Of a stretch of 64,000 nucleotides of DNA, positions 38,058 to 53,059 are shown piece by piece. A program made the translations under genes and the position numbers. Under the pieces are notes generated by a model that was given only the letters and a program-made list of their open reading frames with translations, did not search any database and was not told the origin of the DNA. Every line of letters starts with the position of its first letter. Position 1 is the stretch's first letter. Origin of the DNA: the human T2T-CHM13v2.0 reference genome, Homo sapiens; the NCBI RefSeq assembly GCF_009914755.1, contig NC_060932.1; one strand, given 5' to 3'.

Positions 38058-38514
38058 TGTTACTAAAATGCCAAGGGTTTAGTCTAGGTCTTGTTGCTTG
38101 GGCACAGATAGCCAATCACTGAGACAATTATTATCACCGGGGAGCAGGGTTTTATTTGGGTGCTGCAGCTGAGGAGATGACATATCAGTCTCAAATCCAT
38201 CTCCCTGACCAATTAAAATTGGGGGTTCATATAGCAGGGAAGAAATGCAACTACATGTGGGTAAACAGGAAGGAGGGGCTAAGGAAATCATGAAGGATGA
38301 GGGGTCTGACTTCTCATTGTCTGGATGTGGTGACCTGGTGAGTTTTAGTTCCTTGATACTATCTGGGTCCTGAGGGCTGGGTTTCTGAGGAAGGAATTCA
38401 GATAAGACAAATGGAAGTTTCAAGCTTTAAGAGCAGGAGGGTCAATTTCTATGTTTACTTAAAAAGATTGTAAACATCTGTCCCAATGTTCTGGGAACAA
38501 CTGGGCTGGTTTCC
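38058..38514 (-). mobile_element. Solo LTR (LTR47-like; family name uncertain)
   Basis: 'tgttactaaaatgccaagggtttagtctagg...gtctcaaatccatctccctgacc...ggctggtttc'; flanks cgtg/catg are a possible TSD. Confidence 0.75.
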
Positions 38515-39672
38515 CATGCCTGCTTGTGAGCCTGTTATGAGGACCAAAAGACAAAATGAGAATGGGAAACATCTACCTGGTGTTGTCTCAGAGATGCCAG
38601 GAGGTTCCATCTGTTCTAAAAGATGTTGCACTTTCCAGATGTGGTGACCCAGGGCCTTGTGCCCAAGAATAGCCAATCAGCACCAGGGTCTCCAGACTGG
38701 GAGTTGGTGCTCTCCTGTTGGCTGTGGCTCTTAGTGAGTCCCATCACAGGGGGATGTGCTGCCCTTCACTGATCACAGTGGAAGATGAGTCACTTCCTTC
38801 CAAGTTGCATCTTTCACTGAAATATGCTGAACACAGTTTTGATGATAAGGAAAATACTAGAGGCCACCTGTCTCTGATTCTTTGCATGGAGACACAGTGT
38901 TACAAATCAATGCCTCTGAACCAAGAGAATTTCGAGTTTTTTAGGAACAGGGAGGGGTGGTGGACTTTATCAGTGGCTTTTATTTTTGTAATTTTTCTCA
39001 CTTGGCACTAAGCAATGTTCGGAAATGACCAGCAAGAGAATAAGAGAATGAGCTGGAAATCCAATCTCATCACTCCAGCAGCTCCCACTGAGCTCCCTTG
39101 AAAAGGCTGCTTATATTAACTTCTGAGAGATCCGTCCCCAGCACCCGCATCAGCCCTCCCTCCTTTAGACAGACTCGTGCACTAACTTCCTCCATGGAGC
39201 CTGTTAACAGGGAAGCTAATTATTTTTCCTTGTGCAAAAGCCCACTTTTGACTTTGCAGCTGTGCTCAGCTTCCTAGGGGAAAACAGATCCGAATTTCAG
39301 CATTTCCGACTGTACATCGAATGGCCTAAAAATACTCACAAATTGGTCTTTGCTTTCCTAACTAGTCTGGGCCCTAATCGAAAGGCAAACTCTTCTGAGA
39401 ATTCCAAGGGACTATGATGTCCCATGGATGGCATCATCTATAAATAGTAGTGCCTTCCAGGTAGTGAGCTGCTGACTGGCAAAGCCCTGGACTTGCATTA
39501 TTCCAGGGAAGATTTAAGGTTGCTGGAGGATTCTGGGAGCCAGAAGCTGGCCTGCAATTTCCGGGCTTGGAGGAAGTCCCACTGAGCCTTCCTGTAGCCC
39601 CTTCTCAGCCCCAGCCCACCAATCTGGGCTTATAAGACAATCTCTCGCTTTTCAGGATCTCATAATAGAGAG

Positions 39673-40172
39673 CACCACTGTCCAATAGAAACATAAGTCA
39701 TGGACATAATTTTAACTTTTCTAGCAGCCACATTGAAAAAAAATTAAAGAAATGGGGAAAACTAATTTTAATAATGTATATTATTTAACCCACACTATCC
39801 AAAATATTATCATTTCAACACGTAGTCAATATAATAATGTGCAATACTTTACGTTCCTTTTTTATATGAAGCCTTTGAAATCTGGTGTATATTTTATGCA
39901 TTTAACAAATCTCTATCTGGACTCCAACTTCTCATTGAAATTACTTGATTTGTACTTAAATTTCATAAAATTGACAGCAGAAAAAGTACATTCACAACAG
40001 CCCAGGTTGTTTCAAACATTCTTGAAAGTTTCCCAATAACTGACTTGTCTTTGTTTTTAAATTTATATTTAAAATAATTAAAATAAAAAAATGTAGCTCC
40101 TCTGTTGCACCAGCCACATTTCAACGGCTCAGTAGCCACATGTGGCCAGTGGTTGCTACACTGGACCATACA
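39673..40172. mobile_element. Charlie1b/MER33-family hAT DNA transposon
   Basis: Ends 'cactgtccaatagaaa' and 'ctcagtagccacatgtggccagtggttgctacactggac'. Confidence 0.85.
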
Positions 40173-40429
40173 AGCCTAAGGAGGCCATAGGGTGAACCCA
40201 CTTATGTGGAGTAGATCTCAGGTCCACCACTCACTGGCTAAGTGGTTTTGGGTAAATTACTTAACCTTTCTGTGTCTTCGTTTTATCATCTTCAAAAGAG
40301 AGACAACAAAAATGTCCATCTCTGGGGTTTCCGTGTGCATTAGATACATTGAGAAGGTCAAGTTTTGTCATATTGTAAGTGTTGAAAAAGTGTTAGCTAT
40401 ACTTCTTACAGTCAAGCACAGGAGATGAA

Positions 40430-41050
40430 TGCAAACATTATTTTAATATATCATGTGTGCTGTGAGTTACAGTCAAGTATGGAGTGCTATGAAAATACAG
40501 AGGGAGGGGTATCTAATTCTGCTTGGGGAGAGGAGGAGGCTTCTCAGAGGCGGTGGCATTTAGCTGGATCTTGAATGATCGCCAGGAATTTGCCAAGCAG
40601 ACCAGAAAGAACTGGGACGGGGAAAAGGCAGGAAGACAGGGGAGCACTGGTTGTGCCCAGGCAGGGGAGGTGTGTTCAGTGTGCTTGGAAGGTGGGAGGT
40701 GAGAGTTAGGGGTGAGTGATGAGGCTGGGTGGGCCCTGCTTCCCAAGGACCTTAAAGGGCTCACATATTTGTTAATTTATGAAGCTAGTGTTTTTGGAGT
40801 AGGGATACAGGACCAGCAGCATCAGCATCCTACGGGAACTGGTTAAAAGTGACTGGCTGGGGTCCACTCCTGAGGATCTCTTGGGGCGGGGCCAGCAATC
40901 TGCAGCATACTAAGCCCTCCAGCTGATTCTGCACACTTTGAAAGCCTCTGCTAGGGCAATGGAAATGATGAAAGTTCCTGAGCTAGGAAGTGACATCGTC
41001 AGAGATATGCTTTAGAAAGGGTGTGATGGTAGCCCCTGGACAGTTCTGAG
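40430..41050 (-). mobile_element. L2 fragment interrupted by a MER5A-like element (about 40785-40950)
   Basis: 'ggcttctcagaggcggtggcatttagctggatcttgaatga'; MER5A-like 'ggaccagcagcatcagcatcc...aagccctccagctgattctg'. Confidence 0.7.
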
Positions 41051-41679
41051 CAGATGAGTGATTCTCACTGCGGAGTTAATTGATTATTTGTCCCTCCTCA
41101 TCTGTGAACTCCACAAGGGATTTGTATGTACCTGCCTTGTTCACCACTTTTATCTCCTAGCTCAGAGCTGTGTACAAGAATACTCAATCAATATATGTGT
41201 TTTTTGTCTTTAAAACTGTTTTTTTTTTCAACTATGAAGCACTACCTGAATGTGAGGAGCTGTGGCTCTCCTAGGACTACAGGTACCCCTACAGCTGGAA
41301 GTGAGGTCATTGGAGCAGCCACCTGATCTGCAGCTGGGACTGAATGCTGAACCTCTGCCTGATTACAGAGGACTGGATCAAAAGGGATGCTCCAGTGACT
41401 AGCAAAGAGGGGTGGAGCCTTACATTAGAAGAACGGACTTGTTTCCATCCCAGAGCCAGTGGGCTAGCGTGGCATGGTGGAGAAAGCACAAGCTTTGCAG
41501 TCCCAGTTACTGGGTTTAAATCTCGGCTGTGCTGTTTACAAACTGCATGATCAAGGGCAGGTCACCTGGCCTCTTTGAGCGCCAGTTCTTCCTCGGTAGA
41601 AAGGGGCAGATGTTCATTTTATAATGTGACTGTGTTGGGAACTCTCATAGAACCTAAATAAATAGCAGTCATGGAGTTC

Positions 41680-42625
41680 TGTGGTGTATTGGACCCAGCC
41701 TGTGCATGGCTTCTAATCCTCTCGGCCTCTGCTCTTATCCCAGCAGCCAATACTCTGCACAACTTCCCACCAGCTTTAATTCAAGGCTTTGCAGCCTCAT
41801 AAGGTCTTGTCTTGGGCTCAGCCTCCTCTCTTTTGCTTCCTGTTCTAGGATTCCTCTGGGATGCCCAGGGGAACCTGCTAAAGCTCTCACATGAGCAGCC
41901 CAGAAGTGCAGGGGACGTGACACCTCATGGGGCCATCCATGATGAAGGGGGATGGAGACCAGTGGCGATCAAGCACCAGTTAGCCTCAGCTGTAGCCAGT
42001 TGATGACGCAGTTTATATCGGCTTTTTCTCCTAATAGGAGTTTCATCCCCTGTATTAGTTTCCTAGGACTGCTGCAACAAAATACCACAAGATTGATGGC
42101 TTAAAACAGCAGAAATTAAATTCTCCCACAGTTCTGGAGGCTAGAAGTCTGAAGTCAAGGTATCTGCAAGGCCATGCTCCCTCTGAAGGCTCTAGGAGAG
42201 AATTTTCTGTTTTATCTCCCAGCTTCTGTTGGCTCCTGGTCTTCTTTGACTTGCGGCAGTATAACCACAACATCAGCCTCCTTCTGCCCAGGACTTCACA
42301 TGCCTCCTCTGTCTCTGTGTGCCACAACTCTCTCTCCTTTCCTTATAAGGACACCAGTCATTGGATTTAGGGCCGGCATAAATCCTTTATGGTTTTACTT
42401 CATAAAGATATATGATTTTTTATGAGATTCTTAACTAATTACATCTGCAAAGACCCTATTTCTAAATGAGGTCACATTCACAGGCACTGGGCACTAGCAC
42501 ACACCTTTTTGGAGGATGTAACTCAACCCACTACATCCTCCTTATCCCTCATTTGTTCTTCCCATGAGGTATCCCTCATGTATTACATGCATTAAGTCTT
42601 TTGCTCAGGCTCTGCTTCTGGTGTA
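41680..42625 (+). mobile_element. ERVL-class LTR (LTR16-type) interrupted by MLT1
   Basis: 'gcccagaagtgcaggggacgtgacacc'; U5-like 'gtcttttgctcaggctctgcttctgg'. Confidence 0.6.
42051..42535 (-). mobile_element. MLT1B/C-like MaLR LTR
   Basis: 'tgtattagtttcctaggactgctgcaacaaaataccaca' to 'tcaacccactaca'; TSD tcccc/tcctc. Confidence 0.9.
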
Positions 42626-42651
42626 TTGCCAGAATTCAAACAATGTTGTCT

Positions 42652-42756
42652 GCTATGTTTCCCAGACTCCTTGCAAGTAGGAGTGGCTTTGTTTCTTATA
42701 GCTAAACTCTGATGGAGAGAGGCATTTAGTCTACCCTGAATTGAGGGACAGTAAAA
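42652..42756 (+). repeat. 105-bp direct repeat, copy A
   Basis: 99/105 identical to 44990-45094 by ungapped manual alignment. Confidence 0.95.
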
Positions 42757-43834
42757 TGCTACGTATGACATTTAGGCTGGGGAGATTTGTGGGTGTTCTC
42801 AAATGGGACATAAAAGACAGATTGCACCTGTTTTCGTGTGGTCTCAAGAACAAATGGATGCAAAAGATATGAATTGGGTTTTAATTAATTAATTTAACAA
42901 ATAGTTATTGAATAATTACCATGTAACACTTGCCATTCTAAGTTCTGGGAATATGATGGCAAACAAGAAAGAACCTTACTTTCACAGAGCTTAGAGCTCA
43001 GCATTTTGAAGGATGTTTCTCTGCGGAAGCGCTGTCCAGAAATGGCGTGGGCTTCCTCAGGAGGCCGTGTATTCTTTCTCCTGGATGCCATCTCACTGAT
43101 TTTGACAGAAGCAGTCTTTGATTAGATTTGTTCCTTATATCTTTGTTTTTATTTCTTTGTTTTAAATTACTTTAGGAGTTGGGGGAGAAAGTGGCTGTCT
43201 AGGAAAGAATCTCCAGGAACAACTCTTTGTTCTAAAATATCTCCATTTCTTTGCCAAATTTTCAGAAACATTACCATTATCATATTCTTCTTTAAGGCCT
43301 AAAAAGATTCTGGGTTGCTATGAGGCTTTCCTAAAGGGCAAATATTCCAAATAAGTGCTGTTGATGGAGGTGGAGGTGGAGGTAGCGGCATCCTCTTCTC
43401 TTTGGTTCAGTTTTCAGAAGGTCAAGTGGAGGGAACACCCCTGGTGGAGGTTCAGTGATGATTTCCAAGCCTTCCTAGGGGCTGGGCTGGGAAGACATAA
43501 GCAGTGTGGTGGGTTTCTATTACCTCCTTCCCTTCAGAGCAGTGCCAGAGTGCACTGAGAGTGTCAGCTCCATGCTCCCTGCCTCTGGGTACCATCCAGG
43601 GCCCAGGGTGCTGCTCTGCACATCCTGAAGTGTCCTCACAGCTCCCAAACCTGCAACAGTCTCTGTGTTAGTGCCCTGCACAGCGGTCCCATGTGCCATA
43701 GGAAAGCCCCCATTCCCCAACACTCACAGTCCTCCAAGGCCATGCCCATCACTGGCTGTCTGAGCCACCTGCCAGGGCCTCCATCAGCTCTGGGAATGAC
43801 ATGCCTTGTGCCAAGACAATGGCACTTGGAATGA

Positions 43835-44244
<410 letters not shown>

Positions 44245-44989
44245 TTCTTCCCCTTTCTTGTACACACTTCTTAATCCTGCATTGTCCAAGGAATGACTTT
44301 CCTCCCTATGTGTGCCCTCAGGGGCCCTAATTCCATGGTAAGAAGCCCTCCCCTTCTTCCCAATCTCCTGCCCCACAAAGAACCTCACTCTCCCCCTAGG
44401 ACCTTGCTTTCCAGGGATCCTCTCAGGGAGAGGCTGCCTATTCACCACAGCTCCCATTCTCGGGTTGGAGAAGGGAGATTTCATCCTCCTGTGTTGACAG
44501 CAATTCCACTCCCTTTCACTTCTCATTCAGTGACTTCCTGGTCACCTTCTTCTAATCATTAAAATATTCAAAAGCTGGCTCAATGGCTCAATGTCTTCCT
44601 CTTTGTCTTATTTTCTGCTATGAACAAGATGTTAAAGTTCTTCAAGACCATCCTGATTCCCCTCACCTTGGAATCCCTTGTCTCAGTGGCCTTCTCATTC
44701 ATGCTACTTTACTCTCTGTTCAGGCCACACCCTGGGCTTTGTTTCCCTCAGCTCTTCTTCCTCTTGACTCAGACATTTCACTCTGATGTCGGCTTCCTTT
44801 CCCACCCCGTCCCAGTCTCCAGTTCCACCCTGCAGGCACTTATAACCTGGCCTCCTGAATGCAATGCTATGCACTGTGCAGTGCGGACACGACCAGAAAT
44901 GGGAAATGAGAAATGGTGGATGAACCTTCAGGATCCTCTCCATTTTCTCTTGCTGTTCCTTTGTGTGCTGCTGAAGCTGGAAAGCAAAA

Positions 44990-45094
44990 GCTATGTTTCC
45001 CAGACTCCTTGCAACTACGAGTGGTTCTGTTTCTTATAGCTAAACACTGATGGAGAGAGGCATTTAGTCTAGCCTGAATTGAGGGACAGTAAAA
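44990..45094 (+). repeat. 105-bp direct repeat, copy B
   Basis: 99/105 identical to 42652-42756. Confidence 0.95.
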
Positions 45095-47661
45095 GGAAAG
45101 GCTTCACGGAGGAGGTAGCCTGCCAGCAGTCTTGATGGCTGAGTAGGCATTGGCTAAGGGAAGGAAAGTGGAAAGATGTTCTTGGGCAGGGATGTTTGAA
45201 TGGACCAACATTGAGGATGGGCAGAAAGCATGGAGCATGGTATCTCCTATAAGTTCAGTAGTATTAGAGGGTAAAGGGCAAGACAGAAATAGTAGGAGCT
45301 AGTGGAACGGAAAGGGGAAACATCAAGGAAGACCTTAAGGAGGTGCTGAGTTTTTGGGCTTGGGCTTCCATCTGCTGGAGAATCTTTGTGGCAGCTAGAC
45401 TGAGCCGGCAATTCCCCTATCTGGATGAGGTTTGTTGGCCTCTGTCCTGGCACAGAACCACGCCTCCAAGGGCAGAGGGATCTCAGGAGAGCCAGACCTC
45501 ATGTCTGGGCCAGAGATTCTAGATTCAATGTGTTCCCTGGCACTCTTCCTCCTCCCAGGATTGAGAATGGTCACAGGACAGTTCAAAGATCAATCAGTGC
45601 ATAACAGGATTTGAGAGCTGAAAGCAACCTTAGAAGACTCTTCACTTTCTAAATGGAAATTGAGTCTCAGCCTAAAGAAGTGATTTACCCAGGGCATGCA
45701 GGACTGAGTACTTGTGTCTCCCACTTCTTGGGCCACTGGTCTTTCTGCCTCACTGTTTGTTTCTCTGGAACCTGTGAGATGATCTCTTGGACTCTGCATG
45801 ACACCTGGGGGCAATTCTGAAGAGAACAGACCGGGCACATCTGCTCATCCATAGACCCTGAGTGAAAGATGAGACTGCCCTTTCCTCTGTCTGTCTCCTC
45901 CATCTGCCATTGCTGCCTGACCAGGCATGGTTCGGGGACTCTGGGGACTGCACAGTCTCACCTTATCTCTGGATGGCTTCCTGGCAAAGGCAGCACAGGG
46001 GAGAGTACAGCTCAATTTTTCTCTCTGCGTTATTGTTAACAACCAATTAGAGCCAGTCCAATAACAAAATACACTTACTAATTCTACCTGAAGTTAAAAA
46101 AAAAAAAAAAGAAAGAGAGTTCTTTAAGGGACATACCTAGGACCTCTGGGAAAGCATCTTCCTCATGTCTCACTTTGAATTTTGGTCAGTTATTAGGACT
46201 TCTAAAGAACCATGAGAAGAGAATAATACCTCTGGGATAAACTGCATATTTAGTGAGTGTCTGCCACAGGTAGGGGCTCGGGGCATTATTCTGCAACTGA
46301 AGGAGATTAAGGAGTATCAGGTAAAGAAGGCTCTGCTGTGGGGAATGAGAGACACCTCACTTAGTGCAGGAGGTAGGACTGATGCGGGTGAAAGAGATTT
46401 CTGAAAATGTGGCTGGCTAGCTACAAATGAAGACTCCCCACCCCTTCTGCTGACACTGTTGTTCAAGATGTACCCATCATCGACCCATCAACCACACCGC
46501 AGGCCTGAGGAAGCATCCTGATTTTGTGTGAGGTCTCAATTCTTCTCACATCTTAGTCCCAGGTATCTCGAATACTTGCCACTGCCTCTCCCTCTTTTCC
46601 TCTTTCTCTCCCATCCTTATTTTCATCTACCCATTAACCCTTTCTTGCCACTAGGCATTCATACCCCTATACTGCATGCCAGGAATTTGTGTGTTTATCC
46701 ACTCCAAAACCCAGCATGGTATGGCCAAGGACTAGAGGCCTTGGGATGAGTTGTGCCTGAGTTAGAACTGTGGCTCCCCCATTCACGCTGGGCAAGTTGC
46801 TGAGCAATGAAAAAGACATTGAGCAAGACCGAGGGGGCTCTCTCCCCTTCTCTCCCTGGCCTGGTTCCTTCGGAAAAAAATCTAAAGAAATCCAGGTGGC
46901 ATCATCTTCTTGCCTGGCTGGCGATGCCATCTCATCATAGCCAGCAAGGCCAGCTGGTGGGAGGTGGGAGCAGATGAGGGAAAGGAGGGAAAGGGGGCTG
47001 GTCAAACAGTCTGGGGGTGCTGATTCTCAGGGGTGGGTGATGCTTGGGCAGGAAGCTCAAAACAGATATCCCCAAATGGCAAGTCCCTTCTTATACCGCC
47101 CCCAAAACATGGCACACTGCTGGAAGGACCACAGATGGAGTCCCAGTCACTCAAAGAAGAAAAAGGGCAAGGAACTGGTGAGACAGCTGGGCTGCATCAG
47201 AACTGTTATGCTAACCCACTCTCACGCATGCTTCAACACCACTGCAGAGCCTGCTTTCAGGTAGGAGGACACAGTTGAAGTCCTGTTTTAATTTCCCGTT
47301 TCTTTGGCCAACTGCATTTCTCCTCTGAACTGAAGTGAGAGCTGATATTTGTTGACAGTAGCAGGCACTTCACTGTCCTGGTTGCATTTGTTTTCATCTT
47401 TGCAATAACCCCAAGGCAGCAATTACTCTTTGCATTTCAATACTAAGAAAGTTAAGGCAAAGAGGAATTTAGTAATTCTCTTCAGGTTACCCAGTCAGCC
47501 AATTTGAATCCAAGTTTGTCTTACCTCAAAGCCTATGCTCTGTCTTTTAATTCATTTGTTTATTCATCTATTCACCCACAGAGGTAAGGAAGACAGAAAA
47601 CTTTCCTGCTCACATGGACTTTATAATAGGAGGGGTACAGCTGTTAAACAAGAAACAAACT

Positions 47662-48001
<340 letters not shown>

Positions 48002-48161
48002 TTATATCATGATAAATTTTATGAAGCTACAATATGAATGGGATAACCGTGGAGAATGTTTTATACTGAGTAAGTCAGAAAAGTCTAAGGATTTAGTATT
48101 TGAGTTGACACATAAATGAGAAGTAGTAGTCAGTCCATGAGAAGACATGAGGCAGAGATCT

Positions 48162-48423
48162 CCCATCTCACCCCATCCATGTCCCATCCCATCCCATCCC
48201 ATCCCATCCCATCCCATCCCATCCCATCCCATCCCATCCCATCCCATCCCGTGTTGTCCCATGCTATCTTATCTCATCCCATCCATCACATCCTGCCCCA
48301 TTTCATCCCATCCTGTCTTGTCCAGTCCCGCCCTGTCTCATTATGTCCCATCCCATCCCATCTCATTCCATTTTATGTCATGACATTCCATTCCATTTCA
48401 TTCTGGTCCATTTCCTCCCACCC
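48162..48423 (+). repeat. (ATCCC)n pentanucleotide repeat with degenerate flank
   Basis: 13 perfect ATCCC units at 48186-48250, followed by degenerate units. Confidence 0.95.
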
Positions 48424-50345
48424 GGACAACCTGAACTCATATTTGTATAGAAACACAATGGCCCTCTTTTCAATCTAATCGTCAAGTTCTCTCACAGTCA
48501 TAGAAACTTAGAAGTCAAGACTAGGAGGGGCCTTAGCTGCCATTTCATCCCACAACATGTCACATTTCAGTGCAAGGCTTTGCAATTTGCAATTGTCATA
48601 TAATATTTAATAAGGCACTGTCAGGAAGGAAAGCACGTATTTTTGCCCCATTTTTTTCAACTAAAAAGCAGGAACAGAGGGGTTCTCCCCCACTAACAGC
48701 TGCCCATTTCAGGGCAGCTCTTTGAACTTACAATTACTTACCCTCTGGGCAGGGCAGGGACTGTGCTTATTGACTGCACCTGGCACATAGTAGGAACTCA
48801 AAGGCTGTTAGCCGAACAGGGGCCCTGATATTGTAAACTCTTTCCTGATTGCTCAGATCCCTGTAATGCACTCTTCTTCTCCAGCAGAGTAAATCTACCT
48901 TCTGGAGAGCTTACTGTGCCTTAGAGTTATGCTTCTCCTTTTTCCTTCACCAAAATTACCTGATCCATGCTCAGTCTCTCTAAAACTTGAAGTGAGAGTT
49001 GTTAAATTGTAAAATGTATATATTTATATTTATTTATTCCAAGCTTCCCCCACCCAAAAAAAAGTATTTGAATTTGGCTTAAAATTAAATCTTCTAACAC
49101 AAAAATATTAAAATAAAATATAGAACAGAGACTCTTGGGTAAGGTAAAAGTAAAAGACTACATGTTAATCCTAAAGATGTTATCTCTCTGCTTTCCCTCC
49201 TGTTACAGTGGAGAAACTATTTATGAACAGTCTTATGTAAGGCTAGCTTCCACTTCTGTTCACTAGACCCCACACCCTCTTACAGATTCAATGAATCATT
49301 TCACAAATTCTCTTCTTTCCATTGGGAGTGGTCCAATTTTCCTCTTTCAATTGGATCACTCCCAACAGCATGTATATAAATTCTAATTTTGGTCATCATC
49401 AAAAACAAAAACAAAACCCAAACCTCTCTCAAACCTATATTACTTTCTAGCTACCGACATATTTTCCTGCTTTTGAAAAGACTTCTGTTAGTGCATACAC
49501 ATTTATGATTCACCTATTAATATTTAGCATTAGATAATTTCCCTCTTTATCTTGGAGTTTATTCCTTGTTTTGAGATAATCTGATATTTGTTAGATATCT
49601 GTCTGGTATTTGCCTGATATTAATATAGACATGCTATCTTTCTTTTGTATTCATATGGTCTATTTTTTCTTATCCATTTACTTTTGGCATATTCATTTTT
49701 AATTGAATTTCTTATAGAGTTTTGTAGCATACTGTTGGGCCTGGCTTTTAGAATCAATCTGACCCCATCTGTCTTTTAATTTGTAGGATTAGATCATTTA
49801 TGTTTAATACAATTATTGTTATGGTTGAATTTAAATCTAGCAGTTGTTTTCTATTACTTTCATCTTTTTTTGTTTCTTTTGCCGTCTTTTGCTGTCTTCT
49901 TTTGGATGACTTGAAATTTTTTTGTGTTCCCATTTTATATCTTCTATTGGCTTATTATTTAAACCTCTTTAAAAATGTTTTACTAGTTGCCCTAGTGTTT
50001 ACCATATGTATCTTTATCACAGCAAAGCTTTCAATAATATTATATTGTTTCGCATGTAATGTCAAAACCTTAAAACAGTATGTTTCCAATTTCTCCCTCC
50101 CACATTTTATGCTGTTTTTGTCATATATTTCACTTTTACTTATGTTATAAATACACAATACATTGTTGCTAATTTTGCTTTAGAGAATCAGTCATTTTTT
50201 AGAGCAATTAAAATAAATCTTTTATTTACCTAAATTTTAATAATTTCTAAAGCTCTTAATTTTTTGTGCATATCCAGATTAATATCTGGTACTATATTCC
50301 TCTGTCTGATTTATTTTCTTTAATATTTATTGTAACACAAATCTT

Positions 50346-50759
<414 letters not shown>

Positions 50760-52372
50760 TAAGAGAGTTTTTTGTTTGTTTTTTCATTTAGTACTTTAAA
50801 GGTGCTACTCCAGTGTCTTCTGGATTCCATAGATTCAGATGAGGAATCTGCTGTAATTTATATCTCCTCTTCTTTATGTAATTTTTTTTTTCCCTTTCAT
50901 CTTTGGTTTTCAGCATTTTGAATATTGTAAGTATGGTTTTAAAAAATATTCACCTTTTGGGGTTCTCTGACCTTGTTAAATCCGTGGTTTGATGTCTTTC
51001 ACTGTTTTGGAAAAATTCCTGGTTATTATCTTTCCAAATATTTTAAATATTTTGTTTTCTCAGCCTTGTGCTTTAGGGATTTTATTAAATATATGTTAGA
51101 TGTTTTGGTATTGTCCCACAGCTCTTGGATAAGCTGTCATGCCTTTAGTTTGTACTTCTTTTTCCTTTGTTTTTCTTTTTGCATGATATCTCTTTATCTA
51201 TCTTCACATTCACTGATTTTTTCCCTTAGCTATGTTGAATGTGCTAATAAGCCTATAAAAGACATTCTTCATATTTGTTATTGTATTTTCTTTTTACTTC
51301 TAGCATTTCAGTTTGATTCTTTCTTATAGCTTAATTCTTGCGGCTGAAATTCTCTATCTATCGTGGATATTGTCCAGCTTCCTATCAGAGCCTTTGACAT
51401 AGCAATCAAATAATTTAAAATTTTTGTTTGACAGTTACAATGTCTGGGTCACCTCGGAGTCTAGTTTTGTTCGTTAATCTGTATCCTTACTATAGGTTGT
51501 TTTTATGTGCTTTTTGTGTACGTGTCTCTTAAGTTTTGATTGAACACCAGGCAGTCTGTGTAGAACAGCAGGGACAGGGGTAAATAGTATTTACGTCTAG
51601 AAATAGGCATGCTTCTTCCGCTAAGCTATTGGTGTGTGGGTTTGAGTCAATCTAGTCAGAAGCTGTTGCTATAGTTATCTTCAGTGCACAAATGGTTTCA
51701 AATTTCTCTATTGAAATAGTGTTACCTTACGCTAAGGATGGCAGCTGGGATGCTGGAGGGTTTTTCTCAATGTTCTTGCTGTATCCTCAGATGTCTGTGC
51801 CGTAGGGGGAGTTTCCTTCCATGCTCTTGCCCTTTCCACGGTGCTGAAATACTGTTGGTTGTTAGTGTTTCTTAGCCCGTTGGTGGGTGGGGGTGGTTTG
51901 GAGTTCTCTGTTGCTTAGATTTAGTCTCACTCTTAGGGCCTGTGTGCTTGGATTTCAGGGTTAATGCTTTCTCATTGGCTCTGCCCTCCTTTTCCATGGC
52001 ATCCAAACTCTGCTTTGCGTCTTTAGTGGTTCTCCCGTGTGAGAGAGTTTTGTGCTTCTTTTCTGGTGATGAGTGACGTCTAACAGCATTGATAGAGAAT
52101 CCAGGGCCCAGGACTGTTTTCTGCCTCTTCCCCTGAGTAGAAGGTTTATTACTCTTTAATTTTCTCCCAGCAGCAAAGAGTCTTCACCTGTGCTCTGGGG
52201 CCATGGGGTTTGCTGCTCCCCCTGCACCACCCCCTAGTATTTCAAGATTTCATTCATAGAGGATAACAGCCTGCGCGCAGTTCTGTGCCTTTCCCACAGG
52301 ACTGCTGCTCCCTTCCTCCAGGATAGCACCATGTTGGGAGGCTCTTTCCTGTCTCCTGCACTCCCTTCAAAC

Positions 52373-52672
52373 TTTTTTTTTTTTTTTTTTTTGAGAGAGA
52401 GTCTCGCTCTGTTGCTCAGGCTGGAGTGGAGTGACATGATCTTGGCTCACTGCAACCTCCGCCTTTGGTTTCAAGTGATTCTTCTGCCTCAGCCTCCAGA
52501 GTAGCTGAGATTACAGGCATGTGCCAACACGCCCGGTAATTTTTGTATTTTTAGTAAAGACAGGGTTTCACCATGTTGGCCAGACTGGTCTTGAATTCCC
52601 GACCTCAGATGATCCACCCGCCTTGGCCTCCCTAAGTGTTAGAATTACAGGCATGAGCCACCATGCCCGGCC
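52373..52672 (-). mobile_element. Alu (AluS-like)
   Basis: Full antisense dimer; TSD core cttcaaa on both sides. Confidence 0.95.
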
Positions 52673-53059
52673 TTGCTTCAAATCTTCTTGTGGCTGCTCA
52701 GTGGAGGCCTATGGAGAAAATCCCAATAGCGGGTGCAAACTCCCTCTTGTTTGTGTCTCTCAGCATTTTATAACTTCATTTCAGCCCACATTCAACCTTT
52801 ACCTATTTGTTAATTTTTTAGCCACTTTTATATGGTACCCTGGTTCTCTTTCTACCTGTGATCTGTTACAGGTACACCAGATTTCAAGGTCTGTTTTTCC
52901 TTGGATTTCAGGCTACTTGGTAGCCCTACGTTCTGAGCTATCTGATGGGTTCAAGAAAAGTTATAATTGTGCGGTTCATTCAGCTTTTTGTTGTTGTTAG
53001 GGTGTAAGTGATGCTTCACTGGTGTAAACACTGTGTTCCAGATGTTTACATTCTAGGCT

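Noticed and set aside
48002-48478. Repetitive proteins (GMGWD)n and (SHPIP)n
   Set aside because: Translations of the (ATCCC)n repeat
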